This document shows, one piece after another, positions 1 through 7,800 of a stretch of 14,094 nt of DNA. The stretch comes from a bacterium (GTDB taxonomy: Bacteria; Hinthialibacterota; Hinthialibacteria; Hinthialibacterales; Hinthialibacteraceae), in assembly GCA_963663405.2 (NCBI GenBank), contig CAXXSM010000152.1, positions 1-14,094 of the forward strand, written 5' to 3'. Within the stretch, counting starts at the first letter, position 1, and every line of letters starts with the position of its first letter. Made by a program: the position numbers and the translations under genes. The notes beneath the pieces are model-generated. The model was not told where the DNA came from and searched no databases. It saw only the letters and a list, made by a program, of their open reading frames with translations.

Positions 1-1594
1 TTGCGGCGTCGGCGCTCTCCACCGCTTTCACAGCCTCTGCAATTTCATCCAGTTCATTTCCAATAACCTTACAACCTTTGACATAGGTTACCTTCGTTTT
101 TGGAGATACTTTATTTCTTATGCCATCAACAACAGAAACGATCTCTTGCGGTATATTGTGTGGGATATAATCGCCAAGCTGGTCTCTTCCAGCGTCTGCG
201 TTGGGTCCAATCACCGCAATGGATTTGATGTTCTTATCCAGGGGCAGAAGATTGTTGTCATTTTTCAGTAAAACAATACTCTCACGAGCCGTTTCCAAGG
301 CGAGTTCCTGATGTTCTCTGCAATGTACAACTTTTTCCGCTTCCTCAGCGTCAACAAAGGGATTTTCAAACAGGCCTAGGCGGAATTTCAGTTTTAAAAT
401 GTGGCGCGCCGCTTCATCAATCGCCTGCATGGAGACTTTTCCTTCCCGGATACTCTCCACGAGCGGCCCCAGATAAGCGTCTTCAAAGGAAATCCCCACA
501 TCGACACCGGCGTTCACAGCAATCTGTCCCGCTTCTTTTTGTGTATCGACTATACGCTCATCGATGATGGTGCTGATCCCTCTTCCCTCACTCAAGACAA
601 TCCCATCAAAGCCCAGTTCTTCTCTAAGCAGCCGCTTCAATAGAAACGGTGAACTATGCGCGGCAATACCATTAATCGCTGGATACGTCGCCATGACAGC
701 CAAAGCGCCATGTTTTTTAATGCCTTCTACCCAAGAAGGTAAAAACACTTCACGCAGTTTGCGCTCCGATATCTGCATGGCGCCCCGCTCAAAACCGCTG
801 ACCGGCTCACTCTGCCCCGGATAGTGACAAAGCGCCGCCACAACCTTATCGTTTCCGGATATATCATATCCCTGCATGTTGGTTACGATCGCTCCGGCGA
901 TGCATGAGCAGAGGAAGGGATCTTCGCTATAACCCTCTTCATTCCGGCCCATGCGTGGATCCCGGTTCGGTTCGATAACAAGCGTGCATAACACATGAAT
1001 ACCTGTGGCGCGCGCTTCTTTTGCGGCCACCGCGTAGATTTTTCTGACTAAATCCATATTCCAGGTGGCTCCAATAGCCAGCCCTTCGGGAAAAACCGTG
1101 CCCCCAGCGCACATCATACCGTGTGTTCCTTCCTCAATCTGTAGCACGGGTATCTTTAATCGCGATTCTTCTCGAGCGATTCTCTGCAATTCATTAAAAA
1201 ACTCCGCCTGTTTGCGCGTCCCTTCATAAATGATCCGATCAGCCAGCGTAAAAAATCCCCCTCCCGGTCCGATTTGATCATTATGATCCCCACGGGCGAA
1301 TTTCCTGCATCCCTCCATCTGTTTCTGTCTTTCTTCAAGTGTCATCAGCCGGTGAATGGAGACTTCACCCACCTCAAGCCCCCATCCAACGCGTTGTTTA
1401 TACATACAGGGCATGTTCATCTGCCCAACTTTTTCCTCTAACGTCATTCTGGAGAGCAAGTCTTCCACTCTTTTGTCAATCGGCTGACTGGCATCAAGAT
1501 AAACGGGCTTGTCCCCCCCATAAGTGGAACCGCACACCAGAATCAAACAAGAAAACAAATAAGCAATAATGTGATGATGGTTGTTTAGAAACAT
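1..1594 (-). CDS. Glycoside hydrolase family 3 (BglX-like beta-glycosidase), secreted; 3' end lies beyond the left window edge
   Basis: Manual translation from ATG at 1594 (SD GGAGG at ~1600-1604) stays open to position 1: MFLNNHHHIIAYLFSCLILVCGSTYGG (signal-peptide-like), RVEDLLSRMTLEEKVGQM, SRLKIPVLQIEEGTHG, TVFPEGLAIGATWN, RDPRMGRNEEGYSEDP, LLREELGFDGIVLSEG, AVNAGVDV, KFRLGLFENPF, ARESIVLLKNDNNLLPL, SIAVIGPNAD. These are characteristic GH3 N- and C-domain motifs. Absent from the ORF track, probably because no stop lies in the window. Confidence 0.95.
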   Translation of the reverse strand, partial: MFLNNHHHIIAYLFSCLILVCGSTYGGDKPVYLDASQPIDKRVEDLLSRMTLEEKVGQMNMPCMYKQRVGWGLEVGEVSIHRLMTLEERQKQMEGCRKFARGDHNDQIGPGGGFFTLADRIIYEGTRKQAEFFNELQRIAREESRLKIPVLQIEEGTHGMMCAGGTVFPEGLAIGATWNMDLVRKIYAVAAKEARATGIHVLCTLVIEPNRDPRMGRNEEGYSEDPFLCSCIAGAIVTNMQGYDISGNDKVVAALCHYPGQSEPVSGFERGAMQISERKLREVFLPSWVEGIKKHGALAVMATYPAINGIAAHSSPFLLKRLLREELGFDGIVLSEGRGISTIIDERIVDTQKEAGQIAVNAGVDVGISFEDAYLGPLVESIREGKVSMQAIDEAARHILKLKFRLGLFENPFVDAEEAEKVVHCREHQELALETARESIVLLKNDNNLLPLDKNIKSIAVIGPNADAGRDQLGDYIPHNIPQEIVSVVDGIRNKVSPKTKVTYVKGCKVIGNELDEIAEAVKAVESADAA

Positions 1595-1614
1595 GAAGCC
1601 CTCCAATATTAATT

Positions 1615-2637
1615 CTAAGAGACTAATAACTCTTCAATCAGTTTTATCCCATTTTGAAGTGTCTTACGCATATCGGAAACACCGTCCTGTTCGAAAGCAA
1701 GATAGCCGGTAAAACCAATGGCGCGCAGCGTTTCGATCACCGCCTTGAAATCCATCACCCCTTCACCGATACCCACAAACACAAGACCTTCACCATCGAT
1801 GTCACGCAGATGGCAGTTCATGAGATGATCTTTTACTTTATGAATCGCCATCGGAGGATATTCACGCTGCAACTGAATCCAGCCGATATCAAGATTCATC
1901 CCCAGGTTCGGATCTTTTATTTCTTCCCAAAGACGCAAAAATGCAGTTGAGTCGTGAACCAGTGTATGGGTATGATTTTCGAGGCTGAAGCGTAAACCAT
2001 AATGCGTGGCGCGTTCTGTGCAATCCTTCATGGTATGCGTGAATGTCTTCCACACTTTGCCATAATCGAAGTCTCTGGCGATATTCATATGATATTTCTT
2101 GCCCTGATTGCGTTCGGCAAAGTAGCGGGGAAGGTATGTGGTTGGACCGGTGACTTCACGTGGCCAGGGAGCGACGATATTGATGATGGGCGCGTTAAGT
2201 TTTTGCGCGATTTTACAGCCTTCCTCGAATACATCCAAACTGCGATTCCGTTCATCCGCGTTCAGGCTGGAAAGGAATTCTACAGCGCTTTGAAAGAGCA
2301 CGAACTGTGATACAGCCATGTTGTACGAATCGAGTTTCTTTTTTAAATTGGAAATTGTTGACTCTTTACTCCAATATTCGCGAATATCCTTGGCCTCTCC
2401 TATGATCAACTCAATCCCGGAAAATCCCATACCTCCGATGATATCAATTGTTTCATCATAGGGATACGAATTGATGATACCACCAAAATTCCATGACACA
2501 CTGGCCAGTTTAATCTGACCGGGCTTGAATCCAGGAGGAATAAAACCTTCCGGTTTCACAGCGGCCTTCGTTATAGCGGCGGTGGAAGCCAACGCCGCCG
2601 TTGTAAGAAATTGCCGGCGATTTTGGACTATGTTCAT
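1615..2637 (-). CDS. Tat-exported sugar phosphate isomerase/epimerase family protein (xylose isomerase-like TIM barrel, AP_endonuc_2 fold)
   Basis: 340 aa ORF with SD AAGGAG at 2645-2650. N-terminal NRRQFL twin-arginine motif followed by an Ala-rich stretch. Metal-ligand pattern SLENH, NLDIG, HLRD, GEGVMDF, FEQD typical of the IolE/xylose isomerase-like family. Confidence 0.88.
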   Translation of the reverse strand: MNIVQNRRQFLTTAALASTAAITKAAVKPEGFIPPGFKPGQIKLASVSWNFGGIINSYPYDETIDIIGGMGFSGIELIIGEAKDIREYWSKESTISNLKKKLDSYNMAVSQFVLFQSAVEFLSSLNADERNRSLDVFEEGCKIAQKLNAPIINIVAPWPREVTGPTTYLPRYFAERNQGKKYHMNIARDFDYGKVWKTFTHTMKDCTERATHYGLRFSLENHTHTLVHDSTAFLRLWEEIKDPNLGMNLDIGWIQLQREYPPMAIHKVKDHLMNCHLRDIDGEGLVFVGIGEGVMDFKAVIETLRAIGFTGYLAFEQDGVSDMRKTLQNGIKLIEELLVS

Positions 2638-2690
2638 GGGCTTTCTCCTTATGATTATTTACCAGCTGATATCTTATTTTGATTCATCCT

Positions 2691-2700
2691 AAAGCGCTTT
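2691..2700. promoter_or_regulatory. Perfect 10 bp palindrome AAAGCGCTTT, candidate LacI/GalR-type operator upstream of the isomerase-GH3 pair
   Basis: Palindrome seen directly ~55 bp upstream of the 2637 start. Its AAGCGCTT core resembles LacI-family operators, but the usual TG...CA flanks are absent. Confidence 0.3.
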
Positions 2701-2853
2701 GTTATTACAAACAGATTAGCACAGTCCCATTTTTATTTTCAAATTCTGAAAAGATATAATAGTGGCTCTTCCGGCAAGGGAGTACGTTTCTCAACAATCC
2801 ATTCACATTTGTGGGAAATTTTGAAGACCAGCGCTGCTATGTCAGGATCCTTA

Positions 2854-2970
2854 TTGTCTGAACCTTGATTAAAAAGCCAGCCAGCTGGCGCTGTCTTACT
2901 TGATTTGCATGATTTTCTTGATTTTAAAATCAGGGTAATCCTATAATCTTTAAAATCAGGGTTCAGACGA
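2854..2970 (+). repeat. Palindromic MITE/REP-like element, copy 1 (117 bp)
   Basis: Terminal inverted repeats TTGTCTGAACCTTGATT ... AATCAGGGTTCAGACGA. Internal GATT units at 2867, 2902, 2911, 2920 and AATC units at 2928, 2937, 2945, 2954 (8-9 bp period). Aligns end to end with the reverse complement of 10857-10971; 2868-2905 is identical to it over 38 bp. Confidence 0.9.
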
Positions 2971-3090
2971 ATAAGCTATCCTGAACAAAAAGCGCAATTC
3001 CCCCAAAATAATCTTTTATAGTCACTTGACGGATGAATCCAATTCTTCAATTGTCATTGTGAAAATACAACCTGCGATTTACTGTTGTTC

Positions 3091-4689
3091 TCATCCCTGA
3101 ATAATCACCACCCAATCATTTGAATCAGGAGCCTTCAGCAGTGCACGATCGTCGGTCACATGGATTGGCGCCTTCTTGTCCCCTGTGCGTGGATTCACCC
3201 AAACAATGGAATATCCATCTTCCCGTGGAGAGATACGCGCAACCGTTTCTCCTCCATCGGGCATGTATACCAAATAGATCTCTTTCTCTTTCGCCAAACA
3301 AAGCGAGCCATTGTTAACAAGTTCGTTGTGAGGGGACATTTCTTGATAGGGTAAAGATTCAAACAGATTCCGCAAACGCTTTAAATAGGGAGGCGCCTTC
3401 CCCTGCCCGATATGTCCCGTATAAAACGGCGTTCCAGGACTCCAATCTCCATACGTGGCGTACCCACCCGCGGCGGCGATGGACCAGTGACACTTTCTTA
3501 CCCAATCCACATTCATTCCATGCCCCGGCTTATCAATAGTTCCCTCATACCCATATTCCTCGTTAATGTAAGGTTTGGGGATGTCATAATACTGTAAAGC
3601 CCATTGATTCACTTCTTGGCACGATCCATATTGTTGGGTGATGATAAAGTCAGCCCATTGTTGATCCCCATAATTCCAATCCGCGTGGCCATGCGCCGAA
3701 CAAAGCCGGTCATACGGATCCCATTGTTTAACGAGCGCGCCCATTTGGGGCGCCCAATCCACCGCGCGGTATTCATTATGTTCGTTTCCCAGATCCCACC
3801 AGACATTGGCGTAAGCGGCTAAACGCGCCACCGCGTACTGGTATAACCGCTTTTCATTACTGGTCAACGTTCCATATTCCTTGGGCAGATTTTGTTTCTC
3901 GAGCGTAATAATACATGTGGCGATCATTCCGCGTTCTCTCATCGCTTCTACGGCTCGATCCACCTTCCGCCAGTAATCCACATTGAATCGTGTAAAGTCA
4001 TATTGATGCGGAAGGCCTAACCAGGCGGGCAAAGGATTCACCTCTCCTGGAGGCGCGCCATAGTTTGGCAGCCGCCATTGGTTACCAACGCCATATTCAT
4101 AATCATCGCTGCTTCGTGTATCGCTGTCCCGGGGATAACCCGCAATTAGAAAACGCGCTTTGTTGAAGCCGTTGGCGGCGCTGTAATCGAGAAACGCTTC
4201 GATATGCTTATCATCGTTGCTTGGATCGAGTAGATGATAGGCGGTAATTCCCAAATGATAAAATGGTTTTCGTGAAGCGGCGTAAATAAAGTGTTTCGGA
4301 TGTTGAGGATGGACGATGACCGGCTCCATACCTCTTGGTTTTCCCGTTTTAAATGATCCGGTAAACACCTGATCCGTTACGTTAGTCCGCGCCTGGAAAG
4401 TATATTTTGTATTAATCCGCCCGGGACAAAAACGGATTTTAAACACTCTTCCTTCTTGATCGTCACAAAAACCTTCGACTTCGGCGGGCGGGCCGTCTTG
4501 AGGAGTAAATGAAGCTTTCAATTCGACATCAGTAAATGGATTCCCCTGATACGGCTCATCCAATCGAAAAGTCAATTCGTAAATATCAAAACAAGCGACT
4601 CGATCCGGCCCTTTCTCAATGGACACTCCTCCAAAGGAAGTCATTGAGACACAGAACAATGAAAAGAATATGATAGTTGTTTTTTTCAT
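3091..4689 (-). CDS. Secreted DUF5060 + DUF4038 putative glycoside hydrolase with C-terminal collagen-binding-like beta domain
   Basis: 532 aa with signal peptide MKKTTIIFFSLFCVSMTSFG. DUF5060-like N-terminus (YELTF..GNPFTDVELKASF..VEGFCD..FKIRFCP). Catalytic-like region with FNVDYWRKVDRAV, YAVARLAAYANVWWDLGNE, KPYINEEYGYEG. C-terminal YLVY..WVNPRTG..PDSNDWV motif typical of this family. Confidence 0.82.
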   Translation of the reverse strand: MKKTTIIFFSLFCVSMTSFGGVSIEKGPDRVACFDIYELTFRLDEPYQGNPFTDVELKASFTPQDGPPAEVEGFCDDQEGRVFKIRFCPGRINTKYTFQARTNVTDQVFTGSFKTGKPRGMEPVIVHPQHPKHFIYAASRKPFYHLGITAYHLLDPSNDDKHIEAFLDYSAANGFNKARFLIAGYPRDSDTRSSDDYEYGVGNQWRLPNYGAPPGEVNPLPAWLGLPHQYDFTRFNVDYWRKVDRAVEAMRERGMIATCIITLEKQNLPKEYGTLTSNEKRLYQYAVARLAAYANVWWDLGNEHNEYRAVDWAPQMGALVKQWDPYDRLCSAHGHADWNYGDQQWADFIITQQYGSCQEVNQWALQYYDIPKPYINEEYGYEGTIDKPGHGMNVDWVRKCHWSIAAAGGYATYGDWSPGTPFYTGHIGQGKAPPYLKRLRNLFESLPYQEMSPHNELVNNGSLCLAKEKEIYLVYMPDGGETVARISPREDGYSIVWVNPRTGDKKAPIHVTDDRALLKAPDSNDWVVIIQG

Positions 4690-4802
4690 GACTCATCCAT
4701 TATGTAGGTAGATTATAAGGAACAATCCCCATTCAAATATAAATCCGTTTGGATGGCAAGGGCGGACGCAGACGAAAAGGCAGGAGAGTTAACCTTTGAC
4801 AG

Positions 4803-7800
4803 TCATTCCAACCATTTGACATTATCCTCTTCGATCATACATTGTTTTTTCAATACGAGATGTTGAAGCCCTATTTCCAAAATACTCAGTGATTTTTGAC
4901 TGGTTGATTTATAGCCAAACAGTTTCGCCACTGCTTTCAATACATCTTCCTTTTGGGCGGATAAATGCTGCGCTAACAATGCGGCGATCGCATTGGCGAT
5001 TTCTTCTTTTGCTATCTGAGCCAGATCACGGCGGCCTTCCTGCGGCGTTCGAAAGGATTCGTATTGTTCGGGATTCTGAATTGGTTTCCAGATGAATATT
5101 CGATCCCCCGTCAGAGTCTGGTTGTATTGAAGAGTCTTCAATACTTCTTCAATGCGGATTTTCGTTTTTTCCGTCAGACGCTCGATATTCCATTGCGCGG
5201 CGGTGTATTTAGCCAGCAGATCAAAAGAAACCGGCCCTTCCGCTTTGACAATCTCTTTGATTTGCTTGGCTATTATCGATTTGGATTTAGATTCAAAAAA
5301 CAGTTCTTTATCATGCGCAGCCGCCGGAATTTCGAATGGTATATAGATTTCCTGTCCAGGCAGAAGATTCGTCTCCTCTTCCTCGCTTGCGCTTTCTCTT
5401 GTGTTCTCGATTTTGGGCGTTTGCATTTCGGGAACGAAGGCGGCGATGGGCTTTGGCGCGGGTGGATCAGGCTCTTTTCGTTTTTGACGGCGGCTATCAT
5501 CCGCAATGGCTTTAAGAATTCGCGCATGAAGTTTCTCAATTTCATTCTCCCGATTTTGGCGCCAATCGGTCGACCAGATTCGATAAAGGGTCCAACCCAA
5601 TCTCTTCAACACCGATTCCCGGATCCGATCCCGATCCCGCGCGACACGAGAACTATGATAATTGGCGCCATCACATTCAATGCCAAGAACGAACTCCCCC
5701 GGTTTTTGGGGATGCCGCACGGCTAGATCGACACGATAACCTGAACAGCCAACCTGAATATCAATACTCCATCCCTTCTCCCGTAAAGCGCAGAAGACAT
5801 CTTTTTCGAAGGGGGAATCGAAATCGGCTGCAGGATTTACTGCAATTGCCTCTACGATGGCGTTCGGGCCGCGTTCCGCGTAATCCAAGTAAAATTTGAG
5901 ATGTTCCGCTCCTCGCGCGCGGGTTCGTTTCAAATCGATCTGTTCAGACTTAATAGAAGAGAAAAGCAGGACTTGATACCGGGCGCGTGTGATCGCCACA
6001 TTTAAACGCCGCTCGCCTCCTTCCCGGTTGAGAGGACCGAAATTCATGGAAACGCGTCCTTGCGCGTCCGGGCCATAACAGACCGATAGCAGAATAAGAT
6101 CCCGTTCATCCCCTTGCACGTTTTCCAAATTCTTGACAAACACCGGCTCATGACTTTCGCTGGAGAAAAATGGATCGATCGCAGGATGATCCCGCCGCGC
6201 CTGTTCCAATAGATCCTCAATCAATTGCTGCTGCGCTAAGTTAAAGGTAACTACACCGATGGAACGTTGCGCGGCCGCCGGATCCGTCAGGCGATGAACA
6301 ATTTCTTCGACGATGGCCTTGGCTTCGATTGGATTCGTCCGCGATTTGCCTTTATCATAAATTCCATTTTCAAGATAATGAAAATCAACCCCACAGCCAT
6401 CGGTTTCCGCTTGGGGCGAAGGAAATGTGATGAGATGGTTATTGTAGTAGTGATAATTGCTGAATGCGATCAACGTTTCATGACGGCTGCGGTAATGCCA
6501 TTTCAAGTCATAATTCGGCAATCCCGCGACCGAACAATGATCGAGAATACTCTCCATATCCACCAATTCAAAATCATCCTGAAATTCATCCTCACTGTCG
6601 AGAATCTGAAAAAAGTTCGTGGGAGGCAGCTGTTTGCTATCTCCCACAACAATCACTTGCGCGCCTCTTCCGATCGCTCCCACCGCGTCCCACACAGGGA
6701 TTTGAGAAGCTTCATCGAAAATGACAAGATCAAAGGAAGGAAAATCGATATCCAAAAACTGCGAAACAGAGAGCGGACTCATCAAAAAGCAGGGCTTCAA
6801 CCTTTGGATCAGTGCCGGGATTTCGTTCAATAAACGTCGGATGGGCAGGTGTCTGCGTTTCTTTTTAATTTCGGCTTTTAAAATTCCCAGCTCAGAGGTT
6901 TTTAAATCAAGCACGTTTTGTTGGGGAATATTTTTCACCAATTCCTGCCGCGCGTGGGTGGAAGCCAATTCAATCACTTTCCGGTCGATCTTCTGAAATT
7001 GTGTGATGGTTTGCATATGATCGGGACTAAAGAAATCTCGAAGAACGGGTTCGTGATTTAACAACGCGTTATACCATTCCCGATAAAAGGAATGATCGAA
7101 AACTGACAAGAGTTCACCGGCTTTCACTTCGTCCCGCTCAAGAAGATGAATGAGCGGATGCAATCCTTCCTCTTCCGAACGTCTCCTTGCTCGAACATAC
7201 CCAAGCCATTTGGGGAGCGCGCCTGGATTTTGCAGCCAACCATCGATCGTGTTTTGGGTTGTAATCAGCCATCCATCTTCTTCCTCACCACCCCAAGCTT
7301 TTTGTTCATGAAGCGACAACAGATCATTCAACGTTCTCTGCCGGTCGCGGATGAGTTGATAATGATCGATAAGAGTGGAAAGAATAGAGCCTAATGAAGC
7401 CCCCGGTTTTGTCTTCGCGCGGAATTCTGTAGCGAGTGATATCCAACGCCGTTTAAATCGAAGAAAGGCTTCATCATCATGGGTGGGCAATTTACTGAGT
7501 GTCTGGTGAAAACGATCAAGCCAATTCATCGCATGATCGACAGCGTTCCAATCGGCTTCGCCCTGATTCCAGACAGCGCCAAGATGGTTGTTCGCGGTTT
7601 TGTGTATAGGAGTAAGTTCATCCTGCAAGCGGTTGATTTCAATCGCCGATTCGATCAATTCCACCAATTTGTTTTTCGAAGGAATCTTGACGGATGTGTA
7701 TGGTTTCAACTGTTTTTTCACGCCCCATAGATGGAACCAGGAAAACGGTGGATAACTGTTTATCGCTTTCTTTACTTTCTCCAATATCTCCCGCAGATTG

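Noticed and set aside
2854-2970. Possible CRISPR repeat or integron attC site
   Set aside because: Only two copies, 7.9 kb apart and inverted. There is no repeat-spacer array, no cas or integrase gene, and no same-orientation gene-plus-site cassette arrangement.
4712-4717. Perfect TATAAT on the minus strand upstream of the DUF5060 gene
   Set aside because: No convincing -35 at the proper spacing. It may be real but cannot be supported from sequence alone.
5615-5640. Short tandem-like run CCGATC/CCGATC
   Set aside because: It is the coding sequence of the conserved RDRDRIR motif of the nuclease domain.
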